From: a virus | Taxonomy: Duplodnaviria; Caudoviricetes | IMG/VR virus record: IMGVR_UViG_3300037309_000303 | Span: 1 to 38,921 of that record | DNA length: 38,921 bases | Reading direction: 5' to 3' (one strand) | Part shown: one piece after another, positions 8,553 to 17,349 of the stretch | How the letters are laid out: each line of letters begins with the position of its first letter | Numbering within the stretch: position 1 is the first letter of the stretch | The notes under the pieces: model-generated | The model's database searches: none | The model's input: the letters and a program-made list of their open reading frames with translations, nothing else | What the model was told of the DNA's origin: nothing | Made by a program: the position numbers and the translations under genes

Positions 8553-8955
8553 CGCCAGCCCCTTCGATCGACCAGGCCAGCGTCATCGCGCGGCGCGGCA
8601 GCCGCTCCAGCCCGCGCGTGCCGGGGCCGACCAGGGTTTCGCCTTCCACCACCATCAGCCGCACGCCGAACAGGCGATCGGGCAGCCCGGCAATGTCGCC
8701 GCGCTTCGCCAGCGCCGGTTCGATCCGGCTGAGCCGCTTGTCGAGCGCCAGCTTCAGCCCGCCGCGCGCCTGCGCCATCCGCAGCGCCTCGGCCCGGGTT
8801 GTCCACGTGGGGACGTGCGCCAGCAGGTCCTCCCCGGTCTGCGCCTTCACGCAGGCGGCGGCAAAGCTCACGCAATCGCGCCCGCGCCGCCAGCGAAAGC
8901 CGCGCCCGCTGCGCGCCTCGATCGCGGCGATCAGGGCGGGGATGTCCCGGCTCAT
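8545..8955 (-). CDS. DUF6950 / NlpC-P60-like tail-associated protein
   Basis: FRWRRGRDCVSFAAACVKAQTGED...AKRGDIA...AWSI. Confidence 0.7.
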   Translation of the reverse strand: MSRDIPALIAAIEARSGRGFRWRRGRDCVSFAAACVKAQTGEDLLAHVPTWTTRAEALRMAQARGGLKLALDKRLSRIEPALAKRGDIAGLPDRLFGVRLMVVEGETLVGPGTRGLERLPRRAMTLAWSIEGAGDE

Positions 8956-9596
8956 CGCGCCGCCTCGATCGCGCGGCGGGCAATGTCGTCGGCAAAGCCG
9001 CCGCCCGCCCCCGGCAGCGCCGATCCGGCGCGCGCAGGCCTGCGCCCGCCCCAGTAAAGCGTCTTCTCACCGGCGTATGAGACGTTCTTGAAGAAGCCAT
9101 CAGCCGGATCGATCAGGCGCTGGTCGGCGTCGCTCCGCATCCGCGCGCCGCGCCGGCCGAGGCCCTTGGCCGGGCTCTCGATCTGTGCCCGGATCGCGGC
9201 GGCGGCGCCGATCTCTTCCTCGCGCAGGATCGTGTCGAGCCGCCCGCGCTGCCAGACCTGCGCGTCCAGCAGCGTGATCCCGGCCTGGTCGAAGATCAGC
9301 CGCCACAGCACCGCAGGCGCGCTGCCCAGCCCGGTCGCATCGAGCAGCGCGGCGGTTTCGGGATCGATGCCCGACAGGGTCAGGGTGATGTTCTGCGCCG
9401 CATCGCCCAGCGCGCCGCCCGCCACCTGCACCAGCCCGCGATCGCCGACCGGCAGGAAGGTCTGCCCGCCCAGCGTGATTTCGTGCGGCCCGCCCCAGAC
9501 CCGCACCGGCGGGGTGCAGAGGATCTCCACCGCCCCGGTGACGATCGCCTCCCCGGCATCGAGCGCGGCGAGCGCGGCGGGGCTCAGCGTCTTCAT
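8952..9596 (-). CDS. Tail hub protein (DUF2163 / gpL-like); start corrected to ATG 9596
   Basis: MKTLSPAALAAL...ITLTLSGID...DQRLIDPADGFF; ATGA overlap with upstream gene. Confidence 0.7.
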   Translation of the reverse strand: MKTLSPAALAALDAGEAIVTGAVEILCTPPVRVWGGPHEITLGGQTFLPVGDRGLVQVAGGALGDAAQNITLTLSGIDPETAALLDATGLGSAPAVLWRLIFDQAGITLLDAQVWQRGRLDTILREEEIGAAAAIRAQIESPAKGLGRRGARMRSDADQRLIDPADGFFKNVSYAGEKTLYWGGRRPARAGSALPGAGGGFADDIARRAIEAAR

Positions 9597-10291
9597 GCGC
9601 GCAGGTCCTGAATCGCGGTGACTGAGCCGCCGGACAGGATGCCGCCCGCGCCGATCAGGCCCAGCTCGCTGTTCTCCGGCAGCAGCTGCATCACGCAGGC
9701 CGGGCTGTCGAGGTGCGCGATCGCAAGCGAAGGCACCAGCGCGGTGTTGATCGGCGGTTCGATCGTCACCACCGCCACGCCGCCCGCGCTCGCGGTTGCC
9801 GGCAGAACCGCGCGCGCCAGCGTGCGGCGGCGCATGTTGCCCGCGCCCGCACCCGCCTCGTCCCAGCGCAGGCCGATCAGATCGCCCACCGCCAGCTGGA
9901 AGCCCGCAGGCAGGCCGTTCAAGGTCAGCAGCGCGTTGCCATCGGCGTCGATCGACTGGCTCCAGCTGGTCGCCGGGCCGGTAAAGGGCGTTGCCGTCCC
10001 GGCGCGCACCAGCCCGGCAAAGCCGAAGCGGTAGGCCTTGGGGAAGCGGCGGGTGGGATCGATCGCGTAGAACCGCCGCAGCCGCCCGCGCAGCCGGTCG
10101 AAGAAGGCCTGCCACAGATCGGCGCTGTCCGGATCGGCGCGCTCGATCTCGAACCGGGCCAGCCACAGCGGCCAGCCCGCCTGCACCCCGCCCTGCCGCC
10201 CGCCCGCTTCGGGCGCGGCGTAATCGACGCGCTGGATTTCAAACCGGACGCGGGCGATCCCGCTGGCGGTTTCGGGCTGGGTCAGGATCAT
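9593..10291 (-). CDS. Distal tail protein-like
   Basis: Directly after tape measure; WQAFFDRLRG...DP motif. Confidence 0.65.
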   Translation of the reverse strand: MILTQPETASGIARVRFEIQRVDYAAPEAGGRQGGVQAGWPLWLARFEIERADPDSADLWQAFFDRLRGRLRRFYAIDPTRRFPKAYRFGFAGLVRAGTATPFTGPATSWSQSIDADGNALLTLNGLPAGFQLAVGDLIGLRWDEAGAGAGNMRRRTLARAVLPATASAGGVAVVTIEPPINTALVPSLAIAHLDSPACVMQLLPENSELGLIGAGGILSGGSVTAIQDLRA

Positions 10292-12720
10292 CAGATCACC
10301 CTCCGGTCCTGCGCGTCGCGCACGGTGCTGACGATGGTGCCCGGAAGCTCCTCGCGCAGGCGGTCAAGCCGGGAATTGAGCCGCGCGATCGCCGCCGCAT
10401 CCGCCCCGGTTGCATCGATCGTGATCGGGATCATCACGCTGGGCCCGCCGCTGCTGGCAGTCAGCAGCTTGCGGCTTTCGGGGTTGGAAAGGATGCCCAG
10501 CCCGCCCGGCCCGGCAAAGGCAAGCTCCGGGCCTTGCTCGCCGACGATCCCGAACTGGCCGGTGGGGATCGTGCCGCCTTCGGCAAACAGGCCTGCGAAC
10601 AGGCTCAGCGCCCCGCCGAACCCGCCGCCAAAGCCGCGCAGGACCCCCGGCAGGTTCTGCCCCTGGGTCGAAACCAGCCCGCTCCCGCCGCCGCCGCCGA
10701 AGATGCTGCCGAACAGCCCGCCGCCGCCCGCTTCGCCGCCGCCGAACAGCGCGTTCGCCAGCGGGCGGATGATCGCCTGCTGGACCGCGATCCGCAGCAG
10801 ATCGGCGATGATCTGGTCGGCCACGCGGCTGAACACGTCGCCCAGACTTTCCGCGCCGAGGATCGCCTGCGTGAGCCCATCGTTGAGCGCTTCGAGCCCG
10901 TCGATCTGGATGCCCTGCAGCGCCTCGTTGATCTGGCCCGGCGTGGCGTTGAGGCGGCGCAGGTAACGCTCCAGCTCGGTCTCGTTCTGGCGGCCGACCG
11001 CCGCGCGGCGGGTGTCGGCGGTCGCGGCCTGCGCGTCGAGCGCGCGCTGCGCGCGTTCCTTCTCAGCGTCCTCGGCAATCTTTGACGAGATCACCGCATT
11101 GAGCTTGGAATTGAGGTTGGCTTCCTCGGCCTCGAGGATCTTCAGCGCGATCGCCTTCCTCTCGGCATCGGTGTCGGCCAGCTGCAACTGCAGCTGCAGG
11201 GCGTCCACCTTCGCCCGAAACTCCTCTTCTGCGAGCGCTTCGGCTTCCCTCTCCATCTGCGCGATCCGCTCGCGCACGATGATCTGGCCTTCCAGCCCGA
11301 TGTTGGCCGAAACGATCAGGTTGCCCTGCTCGTCGATCTTGGGGGCCACGCCCAGCAGCGCTTCGGTCTGCGCGATCAGCGCGGCCTTGCGCTCCTTGCC
11401 CAGATCGCTGGCTTCGATTTCGGCAAGCCGCTGCTCACGCTCGAGATCGAGCAGCTGGACCTGAATGCCGGCGCGCTCCTCGGCGCTGGTGGCGAGATCG
11501 AGCTGCGCTTGCAGCGTGTCGCGCTGGAGCGCGGCGGCCTGCCGGTCGAAATCGGCGGCGCGCTCGGCCTCGCTGCGCGGCGCGGGGCCAGAGCGCGCGC
11601 GCCCGCCGCCCCCGCCGCGCCCGCCGCCGCTGCCGCCCTGCGGCCCGAAGATGCGCCGCGCCGCGCCGGTGTCGCCCGAAAGCGCGGCCTGCGCGTCATC
11701 GAAGACCTTGACGTTCTCGGCCTCCAGCGCATCACTGGTGATCGCCTGGGCAGCGCGGAAATAGGCGTCCTGGCTGATGATCCCCTTGTCAGCGAAGGAC
11801 CGCAGCCGCCGCTCGGCTTCCGCCGCGCTCATCTGGCCGTTGCGGTAGGCATCGACGATGCCCGCGCCGGTTTCGGCCCGCACAATCCGCGCGCCGCCGA
11901 TCGATCCTTCGATCCTGAGATCGCCAAGGTTGCCCCGGCTGATCGAATCGAGCTCACTGCGCGCCGCCGCCTGCCGCTGCTGCGCGCCGATCCGGCCCGC
12001 GATCGCCTGCGCCCGCGCCAGCGCCAGCAGCGCTTGCGACTGGGTGTTGATCTGGCCGGTGGTCTTGTCCAGCACCCCGCCAAGGATCGCCTGCGCATCG
12101 CCGAGCTTGCTGCTGGCGAATTCGACGCCTTCGAGCGCGTCCTCGGCCTCGAACAGCCGCCCGATGAAGGGCGACAGCGCGGTCAGCGCCACCGTGATCG
12201 CGATCCCCCAGGGGCCGCCCAGGAAGCTGGCGACCGCGCCGAGCTTGCCGCCCATGTCCTTCGCCTTGTCGGCGGTTTCAAGGACCTTGTCCCCCATCCC
12301 CTCGATGTCGGTTCCCGCCTCTTCCGCCGCGCCGCCCGATTGCGCCGAGGCCCCGGCCATCTGCTGGAGCACCTGGATGATCTGCCCGCCCTGCGCGGCG
12401 AAGATCTGCATCGGGCTCGCCCCCAGCGCGAACATCGTGGCGACATCGTTGAGCTGGAAGCCGAGGTTCTGGAGCGAATTGCGCTGGGCATTGGCCGAAG
12501 CTTCGACCTGCGCGCCTGCCTGGCTGAAGCCGCGCCCCATCTGCTCGGCCGATTGCCCGCTGCGCAGCATCTCGCCCGCCAGCCTGGTCGAACTGCCCGA
12601 CGCCCGGTCCAGCGTGCCGCCCAGCTTCTGCGCCTGCCCCTCGGCGCGGCTCACCCCGGCGGCAAGCGCGCTGTCATCGGTGCGCAGGATCAGGACCGCT
12701 TCGCCGAGTGCTTCAGCCAT
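10291..12720 (-). CDS. Tail tape measure protein (809 aa; start corrected to ATG 12720)
   Basis: NLGFQLNDVATMFALGASPMQIFAAQGGQI (lambda-type TMP motif), Ala-rich helices, C-terminal FAEGG...VGEQGPE. Confidence 0.9.
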   Translation of the reverse strand: MAEALGEAVLILRTDDSALAAGVSRAEGQAQKLGGTLDRASGSSTRLAGEMLRSGQSAEQMGRGFSQAGAQVEASANAQRNSLQNLGFQLNDVATMFALGASPMQIFAAQGGQIIQVLQQMAGASAQSGGAAEEAGTDIEGMGDKVLETADKAKDMGGKLGAVASFLGGPWGIAITVALTALSPFIGRLFEAEDALEGVEFASSKLGDAQAILGGVLDKTTGQINTQSQALLALARAQAIAGRIGAQQRQAAARSELDSISRGNLGDLRIEGSIGGARIVRAETGAGIVDAYRNGQMSAAEAERRLRSFADKGIISQDAYFRAAQAITSDALEAENVKVFDDAQAALSGDTGAARRIFGPQGGSGGGRGGGGGRARSGPAPRSEAERAADFDRQAAALQRDTLQAQLDLATSAEERAGIQVQLLDLEREQRLAEIEASDLGKERKAALIAQTEALLGVAPKIDEQGNLIVSANIGLEGQIIVRERIAQMEREAEALAEEEFRAKVDALQLQLQLADTDAERKAIALKILEAEEANLNSKLNAVISSKIAEDAEKERAQRALDAQAATADTRRAAVGRQNETELERYLRRLNATPGQINEALQGIQIDGLEALNDGLTQAILGAESLGDVFSRVADQIIADLLRIAVQQAIIRPLANALFGGGEAGGGGLFGSIFGGGGGSGLVSTQGQNLPGVLRGFGGGFGGALSLFAGLFAEGGTIPTGQFGIVGEQGPELAFAGPGGLGILSNPESRKLLTASSGGPSVMIPITIDATGADAAAIARLNSRLDRLREELPGTIVSTVRDAQDRRVI

Positions 12721-13189
12721 GATCCGGCCCCTGGTTGCCAAGCCACTCCTGAAGGTCGGCGATCGTCTCCAGCCCTTCGCCGTCGCTGCGCACCGCGATG
12801 CCCATCCCGGCCAGATCGGCCGGATCGGCCTTGGCCGGGGGCTGCGCGGAAGTGCCCGCCGCCCGGTCGCGCAGGCGGTCGAGCAGCTGCTGGCGATCAA
12901 GCTCCCGCTCGAAACCGATGTTGGCGGACAGCGCCGCCAGCTCGACCCCGGCCAGCTTCTCGGCCGCCTGGATGCGCGGCATCATCGCCACGAAGGCCCT
13001 CACCAGCGCGGCAGGAAGCGTCTCCAGCCAGTCCTGCGGCCGTCCGCCGTAGAACCGCTGGAGCCGGGGGACCAGCTCGCCCCAGTCGAGAGGTGGCCTT
13101 GCAGACCGATCATCCACTCCGGCGTCGGCCCCGTCGCTGCCATCATCGCCCCTGCCACCTTCAGCCCGTTGCGCAGCAGGAGCGCGGTA
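12713..13189 (-). CDS. Tail assembly chaperone extension (gpT-like), probably expressed as a G-T fusion by -1 frameshift
   Basis: Open -1 frame encoding LVPRLQRFYGGRPQDWLETLP...; abuts TMP start. Confidence 0.6.
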   Translation of the reverse strand, partial: YRAPAAQRAEGGRGDDGSDGADAGVDDRSARPPLDWGELVPRLQRFYGGRPQDWLETLPAALVRAFVAMMPRIQAAEKLAGVELAALSANIGFERELDRQQLLDRLRDRAAGTSAQPPAKADPADLAGMGIAVRSDGEGLETIADLQEWLGNQGPDHG

Positions 13190-13494
13190 AAAACATCGAT
13201 GATCTGCCGTCGCTGGCGGCCGGGCACCTTGGCGAAGACGTCCTCGGGCACGCCGACGCAGATCCGCCGGGCGACCTTGGCAACCAGCGCGTCGAGCTCG
13301 GTCTCGGCCGCCTCGTCCTCGGCGTCGGACCGTTCGAGCGCGTCGATCCGGCGGCCCCAGCGCGCGAAGCGGTGGCTGTCGATCACGCTCAGCTCGGCGG
13401 GGCTGAGGATGTCGTAAGCCGTCCCGTCGATCGCGATCCGGGGCCGCTCGATCAGCGTGTCGAGATCGAGCAGCGCGCTGGTTGCCTCGGTCAT
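13000..13494 (-). CDS. Tail assembly chaperone (gpG-like)
   Basis: Between tail tube and TMP; contains U-run GAT GTT TTT ACC at 13186-13197. Confidence 0.75.
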   Translation of the reverse strand: MTEATSALLDLDTLIERPRIAIDGTAYDILSPAELSVIDSHRFARWGRRIDALERSDAEDEAAETELDALVAKVARRICVGVPEDVFAKVPGRQRRQIIDVFTALLLRNGLKVAGAMMAATGPTPEWMIGLQGHLSTGASWSPGSSGSTADGRRTGWRRFLPRW

Positions 13495-13508
13495 CCCGCC
13501 AGCTCCGA

Positions 13509-14111
13509 TCAGAGCGCCGGGAGGTGCGCGGCAAGGATGTAGCCGAAGCGTTCCTGCGCGTTGGCGGCGGCAAGGTCCTCGAGCGCTTCGAACTGCAGCG
13601 CCAGCCCCGCGCCGGTCCCGCCCTTGCGGAACACCGGAGCAGGCGCGCCCGACTGGAAGCAGCGCGGCACGCAGTACTGCATCGCCAGCGCTTCGTCATA
13701 AGGCGAAAGGCCACGCACCAGCAGGGCGTATTCGCGGGTCCGGCCGACGTCTTCGGACAGGCCGATCTTCTTGGTCCCGGGCGTGCCAGCGCCCGGCGCG
13801 ACGGTGGTGACCGTGTTGCCGTTGAGCGCGAGCTGGTACTGCTCGAGCGTGAGGTCGAGCATCGTCACGCCGAACATCAGGTCCTCTTCGGACAGGAACG
13901 CCTTGACCGGGCCGGAAGCGCCAGCGGTGCGGACCTTGTCGTAGGTCTTGCGGTGGGTGGTGGTAACGCCGCCCACTTCGTAGCTGTGATCGCCGTTGGT
14001 GCCGACCTTGGTCCAGCCCACGCCGGGGGCAGCACCGATGGCGGGGAAGGCGGTGCCGACCGGCCCGACCCACAGGGTCAGCGGGGCACCGATGATTTCG
14101 TAGGGCTTCAT
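13509..14111 (-). CDS. Major tail (tube) protein
   Basis: 200 aa beta-rich; position between tail terminator and chaperones; strong RBS GAGGAG. Confidence 0.85.
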   Translation of the reverse strand: MKPYEIIGAPLTLWVGPVGTAFPAIGAAPGVGWTKVGTNGDHSYEVGGVTTTHRKTYDKVRTAGASGPVKAFLSEEDLMFGVTMLDLTLEQYQLALNGNTVTTVAPGAGTPGTKKIGLSEDVGRTREYALLVRGLSPYDEALAMQYCVPRCFQSGAPAPVFRKGGTGAGLALQFEALEDLAAANAQERFGYILAAHLPAL

Positions 14112-14115
14112 GGTC

Positions 14116-14547
14116 TTACTCCTCGATCTGGTTGAGAGCGTGCATCACTTGGAAGGACTGGAAATGGCGCGGCCACTCGGTCACCGGCTCGCGCGCGGCA
14201 AAGCTGCCGCTGGCGGTGTTGGCCCAGTGGATCAGGCAGCCGCCGTAAACGCCGCGGGTCAGGCGGCGCAGGGCGAGACCCGCTTCGCGGCTGACCAGGG
14301 CGGCTTCGCGCGGGGTCGCGCCGAAGCTGAAGACATCGACCCGCTGGGTATCGTGCTCGAGCGTGCTTTCGCCGGTCAGCGAAGTCCCGCCCGAAGCGCG
14401 GATGACGATCGCACCGCGCGGCATCCGGGCGGTCTCGTCCGGGTGCAGCTCGCCGCCGAAAATGCGGGTGCCGACCAGCGCGGCCACCGCCGGGATCGCC
14501 AGCAGGTAGGCGACCAGGCCGCCTTCCAGATCGGCCGCTTCGCTCAT
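14116..14547 (-). CDS. Tail completion/terminator protein (DUF3168-like)
   Basis: LLAIPAVAALVGTRIF...QRVDVFSFG motif; synteny. Confidence 0.75.
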   Translation of the reverse strand: MSEAADLEGGLVAYLLAIPAVAALVGTRIFGGELHPDETARMPRGAIVIRASGGTSLTGESTLEHDTQRVDVFSFGATPREAALVSREAGLALRRLTRGVYGGCLIHWANTASGSFAAREPVTEWPRHFQSFQVMHALNQIEE

Positions 14548-14574
14548 CGGCCTACCCCTGCGGTGCTTGAGGCC

Positions 14575-15030
14575 TCATCCATCGCTGAGGCCCCCTTCAG
14601 ATGCGCCTGAGGTGCGCTCGAACGCCTTGCCGATCTTGGCCGCCAGCCCCGGATAGACCGCATCGGCAGCGGGGCGCAGGTAGGGGCGCGGCGGGATGGT
14701 GACGCTCTTGACGAAGCGGACCGAGCCGTCCGCCTGCGGGATCGCCAGCGCCTTGGCGCGCACCGGCACGATCACGCCGCCCAGCTCGTGGATCAGCGCG
14801 TAGCGGACATCGGTCGATCCCCAGGTGCCGACCACGCCCGAGCCGTCCACCTTGGCGATCTCGGCGATGTTGATCGACGCTTCGAGGCGGCCCTGCCGGT
14901 TCTGCCATTCGTGATTGCGGCGGGCGTGCTGGACCGCTTCGGACATCGTCGCATTGACGCCGAGGATCTGCGCCTTGCGCATCCGTTCGGTGAGCGCGGC
15001 ACCATCCCAGCGGAGCGATTGGCTGCTCAT
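14575..15030 (-). CDS. Neck protein (HK97 gp10 / Mu gpG-like)
   Basis: GRLEASI...YALIHELGG...IPPRPYLRPA. Confidence 0.75.
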   Translation of the reverse strand: MSSQSLRWDGAALTERMRKAQILGVNATMSEAVQHARRNHEWQNRQGRLEASINIAEIAKVDGSGVVGTWGSTDVRYALIHELGGVIVPVRAKALAIPQADGSVRFVKSVTIPPRPYLRPAADAVYPGLAAKIGKAFERTSGASEGGLSDG

Positions 15031-15377
15031 CACCCGATCCTCTGGAGCGCGGCTTCGCGGTGGGTGTGCTTGAACTGGACCGGGCCTTCGACCTTCAGCC
15101 GCCCGGTGATCAGCACCCGGCCGAGGCGGTCCATCACGCTGGTGATCTCGTCGCCTTCGGCCAGATCGGCGACGTGGTGGATCATCACCCGCAGATCCTC
15201 GATCATCGCGGTCTTGGCCCCGTCCACCAGCTCGCGGCTGCTCTTCGAGTAGACGAAGCAGGGCAGCGCGTTGTGGAGCACGGTGAAGGCAGGCGCGACC
15301 GGGTTGCCCCAGCTGTCGGTGCCGGTCGCGGTGTTGCGCTCCACCCGGGCGAGCATCGTCAGGCGGCCGGCGATCAC
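15030..15377 (-). CDS. Head closure / head-tail adaptor (start GTG 15377)
   Basis: ERNTATGTDSWGNP motif; GTGA overlap; synteny. Confidence 0.65.
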   Translation of the reverse strand: MIAGRLTMLARVERNTATGTDSWGNPVAPAFTVLHNALPCFVYSKSSRELVDGAKTAMIEDLRVMIHHVADLAEGDEITSVMDRLGRVLITGRLKVEGPVQFKHTHREAALQRIG

Positions 15378-15511
15378 TTCACCACCTCGGCGCGAAAGGC
15401 GAACTTCGCCATCCAGCTGGTCGCCCGGCAGGGGATCAACCCCGCCAGCAGCACCAGCGGCAGCAGCGCCGGGCGGATGGTGATCCGCACCTTGAGAAGA
15501 CCGCAGATCAT
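15374..15511 (-). CDS. Small hydrophobic protein, 45 aa (MICGLLKVRITIRPALLPLVLLAGLIPC...)
   Basis: Not in ORF track; 4-nt start/stop overlaps at both ends. Confidence 0.5.
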   Translation of the reverse strand: MICGLLKVRITIRPALLPLVLLAGLIPCRATSWMAKFAFRAEVVK

Positions 15512-15651
15512 TCGCCCCACCAATCATTGCCGTAAAAGCGGGACATGATCCGCCGGTGCCGCCGCAGCGCGGCGCGTTGCTCAAGGCTGCGGATCAGATC
15601 GGCCAGGATGATCCCGCCGCACACCGCGAAGAAAATGATGATCGCGGTCAC
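15508..15651 (-). CDS. Small membrane protein, 47 aa (MTAIIIFFAVCGGIILADLIRS...)
   Basis: Not in ORF track; N-terminal TM segment; 4-nt overlaps at both ends. Confidence 0.5.
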   Translation of the reverse strand: MTAIIIFFAVCGGIILADLIRSLEQRAALRRHRRIMSRFYGNDWWGE

Positions 15652-16214
15652 GCCAGCACCATCCCGCGCCGGTCTTCCAGCGTCTTCAGGATCGCCTCGC
15701 GATCGGCGGCGATGTCGCCGCTGAGGGTGAACTGGTAGTCGCCCGCCCGCTCGCTGCGCAGCGCGCCGCGGTAGGTGAGGTCGAGCGCGATCAGCTTGAT
15801 CGTCACCTCCTCGCGCGCCGCGGCGAGGCCGAGGGGCGTGTAGGTGACGCGCACCAGCGGTGCCCAGTGGGTGCGGGCGTTCGGCCCGCCGGTCAGGCGC
15901 TGGAGGGTGCGGCCGCCGTGCAGCACGCGGAAATCGCCCGCCGCCAGCAGCTTCTCGTCGGCGGCGAGACCGGTGTTGCCGGGATCGATCTCGGTCACCG
16001 TGATCGGCTGCGCGGTGTCGGCCGGGCGGGTGAGCCGCAGGGTCTGCACCAGACGGTCAGCAGGATTGAGCGGATCGCCCAGCTCCACCGTCACCGCGCC
16101 GGCCGCACCGAAGCGCTGATCGAGATCGGCGGTGATGTCGGCGATCATCGCGGCGATTTCGCTGTCAGGCAGATCGGTGGGGACGCGCAGTTTGACGCGA
16201 TCGAGCAGAGCCAT
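15648..16214 (-). CDS. Head-tail connector/adaptor protein (start ATG 16214)
   Basis: MALLDRVKLR...SERAGDYQFT motif; synteny. Confidence 0.7.
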   Translation of the reverse strand: MALLDRVKLRVPTDLPDSEIAAMIADITADLDQRFGAAGAVTVELGDPLNPADRLVQTLRLTRPADTAQPITVTEIDPGNTGLAADEKLLAAGDFRVLHGGRTLQRLTGGPNARTHWAPLVRVTYTPLGLAAAREEVTIKLIALDLTYRGALRSERAGDYQFTLSGDIAADREAILKTLEDRRGMVLA

Positions 16215-16215
16215 C

Positions 16216-16476
16216 TCAGGCGGCCTCCCGGCTTTCGACCGCATCGGCGACGAAGTTGATCGCAGCGTCGGCGGCGTCATCGGCCAGCGCCGCGTCCAGC
16301 GGCATCTCCGCGACCAGCAGATCGAACCCGGCGCTCACGGTGAACGCCTGTTCGAAATGCGGGGGAAGTTGGGCGATTTCGGTGAACTCCGCCCCGAAGA
16401 CCGGATCGGCCTCGCGGGGGTAGGAGAGCACGATCGCGGGTGCTTCCTCGGTGATGACGCGGACGCGGGTGGCCAT
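16216..16476 (-). CDS. Hypothetical phage protein
   Basis: Fills the gap in the head operon; phage-like codon use. Confidence 0.55.
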   Translation of the reverse strand: MATRVRVITEEAPAIVLSYPREADPVFGAEFTEIAQLPPHFEQAFTVSAGFDLLVAEMPLDAALADDAADAAINFVADAVESREAA

Positions 16477-16479
16477 CGA

Positions 16480-16902
16480 TCAGGCGTCCTTGGTCTGCGC
16501 CGCGCCCTTGGGCTTGGTCCGGGCGGCAGCCTTGGGCTTGGTCTCGGCCTGCGCCTTGGCGGCGGCTTCAGCGGCTTCCTTGGCAGCCTGTTCGGCGGCG
16601 GCCTTCTCGGCAGCTTCAGCTTCGGCGGCGGCAGCCTCGTGCTGGGCCTTCAGCGCAGCTTCGGCATCGGCAGCGGCCTGCTGTTCGGCAGCGATCCGCT
16701 GCGCTTCGGCGGCGGCAACAGCTTCGGCATCGAAGCCCGGCAGCGCGCCGTCGACCAGGCCGAAGCGTTCGTGCACGTCGGGCAGGATTTCGTCGCCCTC
16801 GCCGCAGAACAGGAAGGCGGCGCGTTCATCGCCCTCGGCAACCAGCTGCGACTTGTCGGCGGTGAGGTAGAGCCGCTGGGCGGCGATCACATTCTGGGAC
16901 AT
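16480..16902 (-). CDS. Head-associated protein with Ala/Glu/Lys-rich C-terminus (start ATG 16902)
   Basis: RLYLTADK..LV.EGD..AAFL motif; RBS CAGGAG. Confidence 0.65.
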   Translation of the reverse strand: MSQNVIAAQRLYLTADKSQLVAEGDERAAFLFCGEGDEILPDVHERFGLVDGALPGFDAEAVAAAEAQRIAAEQQAAADAEAALKAQHEAAAAEAEAAEKAAAEQAAKEAAEAAAKAQAETKPKAAARTKPKGAAQTKDA

Positions 16903-16942
16903 GGGTTGGTGCTCCTGATGAAAACGGATCAAAGCCACGCGA

Positions 16943-17200
16943 TCACTGGCCGCGCAGCCAGGTGACGACGAGCCAGCTGCCGGTGGTGGCCACGCTCGCA
17001 ATCGCGATCTGCCCTTCGGTCCCGGCCGGGATCGAGGCGTTGGCGAAGCGATCGGTGCGGGCCAGCGCGCTGGTCATCTGGACGACGCTGACCAGCTGAT
17101 CGCCGGCGCGGATGCCGGGGCACGGCAGATTGCCGATCGCGCCGCCGGGGATGACGGCAGAGGCGACCGTGCGCGGAAAGCCTGACTGGGTGACGGACAT
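16943..17200 (-). CDS. Probable head decoration protein (85 aa, start ATG 17200)
   Basis: Small beta-rich ORF immediately after capsid; RBS CAGGAG. Confidence 0.6.
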   Translation of the reverse strand: MSVTQSGFPRTVASAVIPGGAIGNLPCPGIRAGDQLVSVVQMTSALARTDRFANASIPAGTEGQIAIASVATTGSWLVVTWLRGQ

Positions 17201-17227
17201 GGGTAACTCTCCTGAAGGGGCTTGCCG

Positions 17228-17339
17228 GGCGGCTCGATCGGGGAAGGAGCTGCCGGGAAAGCCGGGGCCGGTCGGGTTTGCCTGGAGGGGGGCGACCGGC
17301 CCCGGGTGGGTCGCAGCCGGGGGGATCATCCCGGCTGCG
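17228..17339 (-). terminator. Triple GC-rich hairpin array downstream of the capsid gene (attenuator/stability element)
   Basis: Stems 17312-17321/17330-17339 (10 bp), 17262-17274/17293-17305 (13 bp), 17228-17235/17247-17254 (imperfect). Confidence 0.55.
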
Positions 17340-17349
17340 GGAGAGGCGA

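Noticed and set aside
5022-8732. 1236-aa plus-strand ORF (and similar long ones at 11509-13542, 17278-18864, 20116-21738, 32363-33925, 35344-36864)
   Set aside because: Arg/Gly/Ala-rich antisense shadows of real high-GC minus-strand genes; no motifs or RBS
3429-14111. Contractile injection system, tailocin or GTA interpretation of the two tube genes
   Set aside because: No sheath or baseplate wedge genes; full head, terminase and transposition modules indicate a siphovirus-type prophage
16500-16725. Low-complexity GCN-rich repeats
   Set aside because: Explained by the Ala/Glu/Lys-rich coding tail
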